Virus record (IMG/VR): IMGVR_UViG_3300026484_000600 | DNA length: 26,553 nt | Direction: 5' to 3' (one strand) | Source: a virus | Lineage: Duplodnaviria; Heunggongvirae; Uroviricota; Caudoviricetes | Shown: positions 7,015 to 16,409 of the stretch, piece after piece | How positions within the stretch are numbered: the stretch's first letter is position 1 | Layout of the letters: each line of letters opens with the position of its first letter | Notes under the pieces: model-generated | What the model was told of the DNA's origin: nothing | The model's database searches: none | What the model saw: the letters and a program-made list of their open reading frames with translations, nothing else | Program-made: the position numbers and the translations under genes

Positions 7015-8379
7015 TTAAGATGTGGTTCTAAATTCCACTTTAGTATCTGGTTTAACTTCATCCATTCCAGAAAATCCAAATTGACCTTTATCGGTATTAT
7101 TCCAAATAGTTAGAATATTTCTAAATTCATCATAGCTTACCATTTTAAGACCTGGATAATTTGATTTTCCATTTGCTTTTTTCTCTGGTTTAATAATTTC
7201 ACCATTTTCATTGATGTATTCGACAATTTTATAAACAAATCCACTATTAAGTTTAGATATAATATAATTTTCATACACATATTTTGTTCCTGCCATAGCC
7301 TTAGTATAAGGAATGTTTTGTCCATCTAGGATTTCAAATTTTTCTGTATCCATATCACCACTTACAAAGATACCAATGTCACCATCAAAAATATCGTAAA
7401 CAAGTTTACAGTATTCATCAATAGGGTCACTATCAATTCTAAGATCGTTTGGTTTAGTTATTTCACCACTATCAACCATCTCTTTAATCATTTTAGCCGC
7501 ATTTTCAACGTCATAAGTATCAATAAGCATCGTTGTTCCAGGAAAAATTCTATCCCAAGCTTTAAAAGCATCTCTTTCATTTTCAAAACTCATTATAAAA
7601 GCATGTGCCATTGTACCCCCAACTTTTTCTGCAGGTATCATACCATTAAGCACATTTGAAACATTAGATGTACCATCCCAACCTTTACTAATGGCTACGT
7701 TCGAAGCTATGTCTGCTATAATTTTTGTTGGCGCTCTTCTAAATGCGGCTTCAAGTAGAATTTTATCTGTTGAATCTCTAAATTCCTCAGCAGTTCTCTC
7801 AAGATTTTTAGTGTATTCATTAATAGCAAATGGATTATATTCTATAATACCTTTGATAAATTCAAATTCATTTTCGGTTATAAATGCTTTATTTTCTTCT
7901 TTAAGTTTTATAAGAGTAGCAAATGCTGTTCTACCATTGTAAATATTTGTAACGTAAGTTTCAATAAGTTGACCCCAAATTTTAGGCCCTTTATATTGAA
8001 AAACAGGTACTAGTGGGAATACAATAGACCCCTCAGGAACTACTTTGTATTCAAAATCAAAATCAAGATTATTCCATTTTTCTCTAAACTCTTGAATAAT
8101 ATCTTCTTTATTTTTAGCAGTTATTTTTGGTTCAATAAGTTCAATAAGAGTTTCGATAAATTGAGGGTCTTTAATCTCTCTTTTAACAGTTTCGATATAA
8201 TTATTAACCTCTTGTTCACCACTAAAGATATAGAAATCTTGATTTGGGTTTACAGCGGCTTTTACATTTCTTACGAAACCCTCAAAACCTGTTGTAATAT
8301 TTGCTTTATCTGAAAGTACATAAGCGAAAGCCATTGAAATCTGATAAAAATCAGTTTGAAGTGTTTTAAAATTTGTCAT
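7015..8379 (-). CDS. pncB: Nicotinate phosphoribosyltransferase-like (PncB/NAPRTase family)
   Basis: TDFYQISM (PncB-type TDxYQxxM), FRRA, GTMAH (phospho-His), LIDTYD, RIDS, SGD motifs. Confidence 0.82.
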   Translation of the reverse strand: MTNFKTLQTDFYQISMAFAYVLSDKANITTGFEGFVRNVKAAVNPNQDFYIFSGEQEVNNYIETVKREIKDPQFIETLIELIEPKITAKNKEDIIQEFREKWNNLDFDFEYKVVPEGSIVFPLVPVFQYKGPKIWGQLIETYVTNIYNGRTAFATLIKLKEENKAFITENEFEFIKGIIEYNPFAINEYTKNLERTAEEFRDSTDKILLEAAFRRAPTKIIADIASNVAISKGWDGTSNVSNVLNGMIPAEKVGGTMAHAFIMSFENERDAFKAWDRIFPGTTMLIDTYDVENAAKMIKEMVDSGEITKPNDLRIDSDPIDEYCKLVYDIFDGDIGIFVSGDMDTEKFEILDGQNIPYTKAMAGTKYVYENYIISKLNSGFVYKIVEYINENGEIIKPEKKANGKSNYPGLKMVSYDEFRNILTIWNNTDKGQFGFSGMDEVKPDTKVEFRTTS

Positions 8380-8448
8380 AGTGTTTCTCCTTTGTTATTC
8401 CTTTCAACTTTAGTTGAATCCAACAACAGTATGAATTTTGTTTTATTT

Positions 8449-8456
8449 ATTATACA
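8449..8456 (-). promoter_or_regulatory. TGTATAAT -10-type promoter box
   Basis: T-tract + TGTATAAT upstream of pncB. Confidence 0.6.
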
Positions 8457-8477
8457 AAAAACCTATTTAAAGGTAAC

Positions 8478-9005
8478 TTAAATCAATTCCAAAATTTTTT
8501 CAGGGTTTTCTTTTGAAACTTTTTTAAGTATATTATCTCTTAATTCTATAGCATCCAAAAGCTCTTTTTCTTTTAAATAATTATTTAAAAGTTTAACAAA
8601 ATGTATTTCTGCTTCTTCTAAAGTATTAAAAAAGAAAATTCGGTTGATTAAATCACCATCGAAATCGAATTTATTATTATTTGTATCTAATATATCTGAG
8701 TGCATGTCAAAATTATTTACAATACTACCATCATTAGGGTATAAAGGGTTATTATTGCAATTTATATCAAATCTAAAAAGAGCAGAGGTTCTGCTATTAT
8801 TCTCATCATCAATATCATCAAAAAGTATTTTCCCAAAAATAGACTCTTTAATAATAATTTTTTGGGGTTTAATAACAGTAAATAACGTCGATATAGTTTT
8901 ACGTCCATTTTTTCTATAATCCCCAACGTAACTTATAAAGGCCTCAATTTCAGAAATATTATTGTCTCTAAAATAACGTAATAATTCTTTTTGTGTGAAT
9001 TTCAT
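8478..9005 (-). CDS. Hypothetical protein (175 aa)
   Basis: ORF; C-terminal NPEKILELI. Confidence 0.75.
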   Translation of the reverse strand: MKFTQKELLRYFRDNNISEIEAFISYVGDYRKNGRKTISTLFTVIKPQKIIIKESIFGKILFDDIDDENNSRTSALFRFDINCNNNPLYPNDGSIVNNFDMHSDILDTNNNKFDFDGDLINRIFFFNTLEEAEIHFVKLLNNYLKEKELLDAIELRDNILKKVSKENPEKILELI

Positions 9006-9352
9006 AATAATTTCTCCGGATAGCTATTCATTAGTATATATTTGTATTCAAAAAGCCGCTGTTTAAAATTTAGGTCAGAAGTTTTATCTAAATGTTTTAT
9101 AATATATGTAATTGCATCGATAAAAGTTTCAAATAATATTTTTTTAGCATGATATGCAGGCCAAGTAGTTTCCGAAACCTTATTGGATGTGGGATTTTTA
9201 TATGTTACACTTGTAGAATTAAACCCATGAGTTATTTTTTCAACTTTAGCGATCAATAATGTTTCTTCTATTATAACAAAGTTCATCTCTAGTTTAAAAA
9301 TTAATTTTGCCGTGTTTACTAGGTGTATTACCAAAAGACTCATGAGTTTCAT
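9002..9352 (-). CDS. Hypothetical protein (about 116 aa)
   Basis: ORF with 4-nt overlap to downstream gene; C-terminal YPEKLL; start could be ATG at 9343. Confidence 0.65.
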   Translation of the reverse strand: MKLMSLLVIHLVNTAKLIFKLEMNFVIIEETLLIAKVEKITHGFNSTSVTYKNPTSNKVSETTWPAYHAKKILFETFIDAITYIIKHLDKTSDLNFKQRLFEYKYILMNSYPEKLL

Positions 9353-9614
9353 TTATAGCATTTTTCAAATCGTTATTAACCCATCTTAAAAAATGTTTAA
9401 TCATTACAAATATTCCGAATAAAGTAGCATTAATAAGTAATGATAAAAGCCATGCCATAATAAGAGTTAAAAACCATGAACTTGTATCATTTGTAAAAAT
9501 AGTAAAATATAAAATTGCACCTAGTAAAAAACTTTCAATTGTAATTAATATTGCTGTTAATGCATGATCAACTCGGTTATCAACACGTTTATAAAATTCA
9601 ATATAAAAATTCAT
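9294..9614 (-). CDS. Small membrane protein (2 TM)
   Basis: Two hydrophobic helices; AAGGA SD. Confidence 0.7.
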   Translation of the reverse strand: MNFYIEFYKRVDNRVDHALTAILITIESFLLGAILYFTIFTNDTSSWFLTLIMAWLLSLLINATLFGIFVMIKHFLRWVNNDLKNAINETHESFGNTPSKHGKINF

Positions 9615-9670
9615 TTAAATCCTTCAAATAATTTTTAATTTATTATAAGAATAATTCCCTTAAATATAAT

Positions 9671-11217
9671 TTAAAATAAATCATTCATAGCATCAATATT
9701 ATCTTCTTCCACTTTAGTTGGTTTTTTAGCTACTCTAGACGGTTGTTTTTTTCTTTCTTTTTTTGAGTTGTCATTCATTTCATCAAATAATAGATTGGTT
9801 GTCTCTTCTGATGATTTTGTTTCAGAATTCATAGTTAAAATTGAAAATCCCGTAGATTTTTTAAGGTATTCATACCAATCATTAAAATCATCATCGGTTG
9901 TAACTTTTTCTAATGCTTGAAATAATACTAAATCCTTACCTTTAAAAATATGTTCTAGTTTAATATCATCTTCTAAAAAGGATTCTAATATTTGTACATA
10001 ATTATGAACTTGATATAAAATATAATACTGCTCTTGTTTTAACACTTTAGCAAAATGGAAATCTGCTAATTCTTTGTTTTCTTTTGTATAATTTTTATCT
10101 TCATCAGCTTGCAAATAATGTTCGTATTGTTGATACCCACTTGTCAATCCTTCCGAATTATAATAACTGTGTTCCATCATATCATCTAAATCATCAAAAG
10201 GAAATTCAGGATCATCTTTCCAAAAATCAAATATTTCTTGCCAATAGGCATCAACATCTTTATTTCGTTTTTTACCTAATTTTATTTTACCCTTGCCATT
10301 TTTGAAATCATTGACAGAGGGAACAGTTCCACCCATAACATAACTCATAGAAAGTGTAACTGAATCAAATGATAGAGATTTTAAACCTTCAGTCATATTA
10401 TTTTTAATTAGTATTAATATAGGAATTAACCTTTTAAAACCTGTTACCCCTAAAAGGTGTAAGTGTTGTTTAGCATTTTTAGGAATTGAGTCAACTCTGT
10501 ATAAGTCAAATGCTCTTTTTGCTGACGCATAAACGGAAGTACTTTGAAAACCTGAGGCAAAAATATCCATCTTATTTTTTTCTTCATCACTAAACTGTGC
10601 AAATAATCCTTTAGCAAATGTATCGGTATCTTTTATTCCCCAACCTTGTACAATCGGTACAATTCTACAAGTTGTATCAGTTGTAGCAAAATAATCAAAC
10701 TGTTCTCTAAGATTATTACCTGACTCAATACCTTTTTCTTTAATTAAACTTTGCATATAGTATTTGGTATCATCAATGAATACTGCTGGAATTTCATCAA
10801 AACTCATAGCATAATCAGCATATTTACTCTGTGTTTCATAGATTTTGAGTCTATCTTCTTTTTCAACAGTACCTTTGCCCAAAGTAACCATTTGTAAGCC
10901 ACCAGAATCAGCATGCAATCCATGGGGAAATATGGATTTGAATGGTACATTAATTGATTCTTCGCTTGCTCTACGAGCCATAACTTCCTCTGTATATGCA
11001 TTGAATAGACCTTGTAATAAAACATTACCTGGTAATTTTTCTTCAATGTAGTCTAAACATTTTCGCAATGATAGTGCTGTAATCCTAAACAAATCATCGT
11101 GTTGACTTCTTAATTTAAAGTAGCCTAAGGTATGCCCGAAATTACAAGTTCTAATTTTAATCCTTTTGGATCATTCTCGATAGTAGATTTAATATCTGAA
11201 ATATTATTTTGTGTCAT
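9671..11217 (-). CDS. TGT/DpdA-fold base-exchange (transglycosylase) paralog 1; frameshifted near codon 28-30
   Basis: DSGGLQ, AMSFDEIP, IVQG, HLLG, SFDS motifs. Likely true start is ATG 11217 (AGGA SD; MTQNNISDIKSTIENDPKGLKLELVISG). That frame stops at TAG 11125-11127; the -1 frame continues GHTLGYFKLRSQHDDLFRITAL into the tracked ORF 9671..11092. Restoring one base gives 515 aa. Confidence 0.85.
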
Positions 11218-11267
11218 AATTTTTTATCCTTGGTAACTCTTTTATTGAGTGAATTTATTTAAATATT

Positions 11268-11275
11268 ATTATACA
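11268..11275 (-). promoter_or_regulatory. TGTATAAT -10-type promoter box
   Basis: T-tract + TGTATAAT 50 nt upstream of ATG 11217; supports that start. Confidence 0.6.
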
Positions 11276-11300
11276 AAAAAAGTTAAAATCCTATTTTAAT

Positions 11301-12386
11301 ATGATAAATAATATTATGAAAGATAAAATACCAGAAGCATTAAAAAAATATTTAGAAGAAAATAAGCGGAAAAAAGTAACTCTTTTTTCACAAGAAATAC
11401 AAGAATTTATGATGGAATATGCTAAATTTTATAACTGGAATATAACGAATCTGTATAAAATATTTAATTTAATGAAGCAGGGCATATCGGAACTTGATAT
11501 ATGTGAAAATCCATCATGTTCTAATAAAAAAAAGATTATATGGGATGGTACGATTACTAAAGGTTGTTCAAAAAAATGCAACACCATTATTACCAAATTA
11601 GAAAAATATGGTGTAGAACATCATATGCAATTAAATAAATACAAAAAATTTGGTGATGATAATATATTTTCTAATGGAGAATATATTCATGAGAAATTTA
11701 AAGAAAAATACGGTGTTGCCGCACCTATAAATGTTCCAGAATTTCGAGAGAAAATTAAAGAAACTAATTTAAAAAAATATGGCAATAAATGGAATATTGC
11801 ATCAGAATATAGTAGAGATAAACAAAAACAGACATGCTTAGAACGTTATGGTGTAGATAATTATGTTAAGATGAATTACGGTGATAACAATTATATGCGC
11901 AGTTTATCTTTTAAGGCTAGAAAAGATGAAATACGTGAAAAGATAGAAGCTACATCACTTAAAAGATATGGTACGAAACATCCAATGCAATCAGATTATT
12001 GCAAAAATAAATATAAGGAAACATCAATTAAAAATCACGGCATACCTTATCCGGGTGTTTTAAATAAATATAAAATAAAAGAATATACTTGGGCAACAGG
12101 AGAAGTATCCTATTTACAAGGCTACGAACCTATTGTTTTAAAAGAATTAGAAGAAAGTGGTTTAGATTATAATGATATTAAAGTCGGATTTAATGAAGTT
12201 CCAACTTTTAAATATGAATATAATGGTGAGGAGCATGAATATTTTCCAGATTTTTATATACCCTCCCAAAATCTTATAATTGAGGTTAAGTCTGAATGGA
12301 CATTGCAAAAAGAATTTGATAAAAATCAAGCTAAATTCAATGCTGTTAAAGATGCAGGATTTGAATTTAAACTTGAAATTAGGTAG
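11301..12386 (+). mobile_element. Freestanding homing-endonuclease-like gene (PD-(D/E)xK nuclease with KYG repeats)
   Basis: Only convincing plus-strand gene. Cys cluster (CENPSC...GCSKKC), six (K/R)YG-type repeats, C-terminal YFPDFYIPSQNLIIEVKS nuclease motif. Confidence 0.75.
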
Positions 12387-12391
12387 ACTTT

Positions 12392-13480
12392 TCACCCTAT
12401 AATTAGTAAATCTAAAATATAATCAAAAGTACAATAATATTCTTTTAAATATTTTATATTTTTATCTATTATTTTTTGCTTATCTTCTGGTGTTAATTTT
12501 TCTAAACGATCAATAACTTTTTTAACTTTTACAGGCCAATTATATATATCTTCATTACCATTTTCATCGTATGGATTGTATTTAAGTTCATCCGAATACA
12601 TTTCCATATAACTTAATTTGTTTGGTATGATTGGCAAACATCCACTCATCAATGATTCAAATACTGAAATTCCCCAAGTTTCTTGATCTGCAAAACTAAT
12701 ACTGTATTTTGATTCGGCTAATAATTTATGAAATCCATCTTTATCTTTTGTTACTTCTAAAGTAACGATTGCTTCAAAATCTGGAAGCAATTCTTCAATG
12801 GTATTATATTGATCTGATATTTTATCTTGTTTTCTAAAAAGTTCAATATGTTTTTCCGGACTTATTCTATGAGGGAATAAAATATTATTTGTCTTATCTT
12901 TGTTTTGATATAAATGATCAAAATTATATGGGAAACCGGTAACTACCATTTTTTTATCTAATTCGCTCTTTTTCTCGTTGTCAATAATAAGATTGTCGAG
13001 CATGAGTTGTTTGCTAAATTTAGTAGCAAATATAGCTGTATCCAAACAATCTAAGTAACCCAATTCAACATTTAAAAAATTATCTCTACAAGTTTGCCCT
13101 AATATATCTGCTGGGTCATAAGCCCCAGCATGAAACATTCCCATCATTTTGACATTTTTCTTAGAGAGATTTATCATTTGTCTTAAAGATATTACTGCAG
13201 GATGCCAACCATCAGTAAATAAGAATATATCACCATCATTAACCTTATCTTCCATAAAAAGTCTTGCTATTTTTTGCCCCTGCACCATCTTATATAGATT
13301 AGTTTCAAAGAAATTGAAAAAGCCACCGGGAGTTGTCTTATAGTCTTTATTATCCGGACCATCAATAACTACGCAATTTAATAGTCCCGATTTATTAATT
13401 TCATTTGGAATCCATTCTTTCCATTGCGAAGAATAACGAGTTGGTATATACTCAATATCAACTAAAAAAATATTTTTCAT
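12392..13480 (-). CDS. GT-B glycosyltransferase (GT4-like)
   Basis: FPHRISPEKH and ETWGISVFE (E-x7-E) donor-binding motifs; GMFHAG in N-terminal lobe. Confidence 0.85.
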   Translation of the reverse strand: MKNIFLVDIEYIPTRYSSQWKEWIPNEINKSGLLNCVVIDGPDNKDYKTTPGGFFNFFETNLYKMVQGQKIARLFMEDKVNDGDIFLFTDGWHPAVISLRQMINLSKKNVKMMGMFHAGAYDPADILGQTCRDNFLNVELGYLDCLDTAIFATKFSKQLMLDNLIIDNEKKSELDKKMVVTGFPYNFDHLYQNKDKTNNILFPHRISPEKHIELFRKQDKISDQYNTIEELLPDFEAIVTLEVTKDKDGFHKLLAESKYSISFADQETWGISVFESLMSGCLPIIPNKLSYMEMYSDELKYNPYDENGNEDIYNWPVKVKKVIDRLEKLTPEDKQKIIDKNIKYLKEYYCTFDYILDLLIIG

Positions 13481-13489
13481 AGTTAAACC

Positions 13490-13852
13490 CTATATAGCTT
13501 CATATTCTTTATATGAGCCATTTTCTCCATCTTCAGAAACTTCAATTTTTATAGCTCGCTTTGGAAATTTTTCATTGATCCAATTTGCAAGATCATCAGA
13601 AATCATTTCACATGATTTATAATCCATTTCATTTTCAACTATTAATGAATCGATAAATCTTTTGAATAGAATAAATTCAATATCTCTATCATTGTGAAAA
13701 ACTTCAACCCAAATTTTAAGTTTGAATATATGTCTATGTCTTTCTTTTAAAAATGAAACCTCTTCAGGAGCATCGGGGTATTTATGAAACCCCTCAAAAC
13801 TCGTTGTAATCCATACAAAATTATTTAATTGTTTAACAGCCATTTTAACCAT
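13490..13852 (-). CDS. QueD/PTPS-like T-fold protein (DpdL-type paralog)
   Basis: FEGFH, LKERHRHIF (LxxxHRHxF), IEF, SCEMI, SEDGENG; lacks the Cys that precedes HGH in canonical QueD. Confidence 0.78.
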   Translation of the reverse strand: MVKMAVKQLNNFVWITTSFEGFHKYPDAPEEVSFLKERHRHIFKLKIWVEVFHNDRDIEFILFKRFIDSLIVENEMDYKSCEMISDDLANWINEKFPKRAIKIEVSEDGENGSYKEYEAI

Positions 13853-13866
13853 CCTTTTTATTAATA

Positions 13867-13874
13867 ATTATACA
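13867..13874 (-). promoter_or_regulatory. TGTATAAT -10-type promoter box
   Basis: Overlaps the stop of the 826-aa gene, upstream of the T-fold gene. Confidence 0.45.
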
Positions 13875-16348
13875 TTATTTTGATTGTCATTTATTATCCT
13901 AGCCTTAAACACTTTTATAATATTATCGGTAAGATCAGATACGGATACTTTAAAGGTAGATAATACGATATCACTATCGGTGGTATCTATATTCTTAGGA
14001 TATATGGTATCTTTGAATAATTTTGTTACTGTTACAAATTCGCCATTAATATTTCTATATAATAATCGAACATCTTCTAGTGTTTCTATAAACAGTTTGA
14101 AATAACGAATCATTTCATCTTCATCATGCCAATAATTAGCTTTTTTAGTTTTTACTATTTTTAAAGCATTAAAGAATAAACCTACCAAACGACCTTTAGT
14201 GTAGTCATGTTCTGAAACTAATACAGTATTATCGTTGCCAGCAATTGTTAAATTTCTCATACGTTCATTGTATTGATCCATTTTATATACTTTTTCAAAA
14301 ACATTAATAACCTTAATAATAGCTTCTAATTGTAGGTGGGCATATTTTTTCAAATGAAATAATCTATGCTGACTATAATGCCCTTCTAATTGACTTTTTA
14401 AATCGGCAATGCTATTTTCAAATGATTTTATTATTAATTCATTGTAGTCGTCTTTAGCCAATTCTTCATCTCTAAGTTCTTCATACGTCACCAATTTATC
14501 TTGAAGTTCATCATCACCCTTAATAAATAATTGAGCAAATGATTTAGCCATTTTTTTAGTGAGTGATACTGTATAAGTACAATCGACAGTATTCATAGAA
14601 TTAATTTTTGAATTTTTCTGTTTATCATCCCAATATAGAGGATTATCGGTTATAAGATTAACTATTGTTATTATATTTTCATTATAATTTAACTTAGCAG
14701 AAATTTTTCTAATATCACTATGTGTTAATGCTAATGAAATATTTTTATTATCGATCTGATAATCGGCTATAATACTCCTAATAGTATTTTGCTCTGTTTT
14801 ATATGGAGCAAGTATTTCTTGGTTTTTTGTAGCTGATAAACCAGTATTTGACGAAGTTATAAATTGGTTGATTATATCGCCCTCTTCAGTTACAAATCTT
14901 ACAGGTATTCTATCATCCCCCCATTTTTCAATCATTTCTTTTATTACTGCTCTATCGGTGTCTTTGTATTTTTTTGATATAAAATGTTCCTTAAACTTAT
15001 CTAAAATTTTATCAATTAAACCTTTATTGTAATCATAAACTTCTTTAACTAATTCATCACGTTCCCATGGATTATAATGAAATTTACCATATATTGAGGT
15101 TTCGATAAAATAATAAGCTAATTGTTTTATAAGTAATCTATTTTCAACTAAATGCTGTGAATTCGCAACAGTTATATTCCCTGAACTAACTATGAGTTTA
15201 GTTTTTGAAGGAGCAATTGATTTAACTTCTATTTCTTTCAAATCACCACTAACTTTATCTCTCTTAAACTCTTTAGTTGTATGTTCTTCAAAGTGTCTAT
15301 AGAGTAGAGTACGTTGTTTTGTTGATGTTACATACGTATCGTGACGAGCATGATGATTGAACGTCTTTGATTCCATTTCATCTATATAAGTGTTTAGTTG
15401 ATCATAAAATAAGCCGATTCTAGCTGGATCATTCCACTTTTTCTTCGCTCTATTATTGCCTAGACCATCTTCAACATTGCCATTTTGTCCAATCATTTCA
15501 AATGCTTTTTCTAATTTCATATGTGTAATAGCGCTTATTGGTTCGGTGGATGATGTATCAATTCTAGCAGCAATTTCTATATCAAATAAATTATATAGGT
15601 GGTCTGATATATATTCAAATTCCACAAATTGCGGCTTTACCATTTTTAATTCATCATCAAATATATCATCATTGATTTCGACACCATCTTTAAGTTTCAT
15701 TTTGAATGATCGCATATAGTGACCAAATTTTTCTAGAATATCTAGAATATCCATCTCACTTATATAGGCTTCATCGGCATAAGCTTCAAGCAATATTGGA
15801 TTTTCTATTATTTTATCAGTCATTATAATATCTGTTACGGGCATGTAATTTTGTTGTACTAAATTAAGATACAGTTTGGCATCTTTTAAGGTTGTATAAA
15901 AGCTTTTCAAATGTTTAGTACGGAGTTCATTTAATAGATCGATAATCTTTTTTTCTGAAATTGTTTCACAAAATTTTGATTCAATAGCATATAATACTCC
16001 ATGTTCAATTAATGCTGCATCTGTACGTATTTTTGTTGAATCATCGGACGAGTTTAGGATTACATTAAAGGTATAATCTTGAATATTTTTACCTTTTGCT
16101 TTTAAGAAAATAGGGGTTAAAATATCTTCTTTTTTATTATTTGTTTTTGCTGTGAGAGAAGTTTTAGTGCTTGAATATTTTAAACATAGGTTCATTGTAT
16201 TGGTATCTATGAATGCGCCAGTAATTTCTCCTAGTTGAGAATTTACGATTTTTTCAGCAAATTCTATTACTTTGGTTTTCTGAGTTATGGCTTTACCAAC
16301 AGGATGCGCTGGTAAGGTACTATTAATTTCTTCTATCTCTGTGTTCAT
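13868..16348 (-). CDS. Large hypothetical protein (826 aa), weak AIPR/ParB-like central motifs
   Basis: Long ORF with AGGAGG SD; NVEDGLGNN, ITVANSQH, IPVRFV, ITSSNTG spaced like AIPR motifs. CDS is secure, function is not. Confidence 0.8.
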   Translation of the reverse strand: MNTEIEEINSTLPAHPVGKAITQKTKVIEFAEKIVNSQLGEITGAFIDTNTMNLCLKYSSTKTSLTAKTNNKKEDILTPIFLKAKGKNIQDYTFNVILNSSDDSTKIRTDAALIEHGVLYAIESKFCETISEKKIIDLLNELRTKHLKSFYTTLKDAKLYLNLVQQNYMPVTDIIMTDKIIENPILLEAYADEAYISEMDILDILEKFGHYMRSFKMKLKDGVEINDDIFDDELKMVKPQFVEFEYISDHLYNLFDIEIAARIDTSSTEPISAITHMKLEKAFEMIGQNGNVEDGLGNNRAKKKWNDPARIGLFYDQLNTYIDEMESKTFNHHARHDTYVTSTKQRTLLYRHFEEHTTKEFKRDKVSGDLKEIEVKSIAPSKTKLIVSSGNITVANSQHLVENRLLIKQLAYYFIETSIYGKFHYNPWERDELVKEVYDYNKGLIDKILDKFKEHFISKKYKDTDRAVIKEMIEKWGDDRIPVRFVTEEGDIINQFITSSNTGLSATKNQEILAPYKTEQNTIRSIIADYQIDNKNISLALTHSDIRKISAKLNYNENIITIVNLITDNPLYWDDKQKNSKINSMNTVDCTYTVSLTKKMAKSFAQLFIKGDDELQDKLVTYEELRDEELAKDDYNELIIKSFENSIADLKSQLEGHYSQHRLFHLKKYAHLQLEAIIKVINVFEKVYKMDQYNERMRNLTIAGNDNTVLVSEHDYTKGRLVGLFFNALKIVKTKKANYWHDEDEMIRYFKLFIETLEDVRLLYRNINGEFVTVTKLFKDTIYPKNIDTTDSDIVLSTFKVSVSDLTDNIIKVFKARIINDNQNNV

Positions 16349-16409
16349 ATGGTATGAACCTCCTTATAATGGTATTAAATATTATAAGAAGTAATACCTT
16401 AATAGACCC

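Noticed and set aside
9671-11092. TTG 11092 as the real start (ORF-track call)
   Set aside because: No SD, and it would omit the first barrel strand (ELVISG) conserved in the paralogs. ATG 11217 has both an SD and a promoter box.
11125-11127. Stop-codon reassignment (TAG readthrough)
   Set aside because: Readthrough stays in the wrong frame and hits TAA shortly after. Other genes are full length in code 11, and TAG ends genes at 12386 and 21975.
11093-11217. Intron or intein explaining the truncated N-terminus of TGT paralog 1
   Set aside because: The two parts are colinear with paralog 3 with no extra sequence; a 1-nt shift explains everything.
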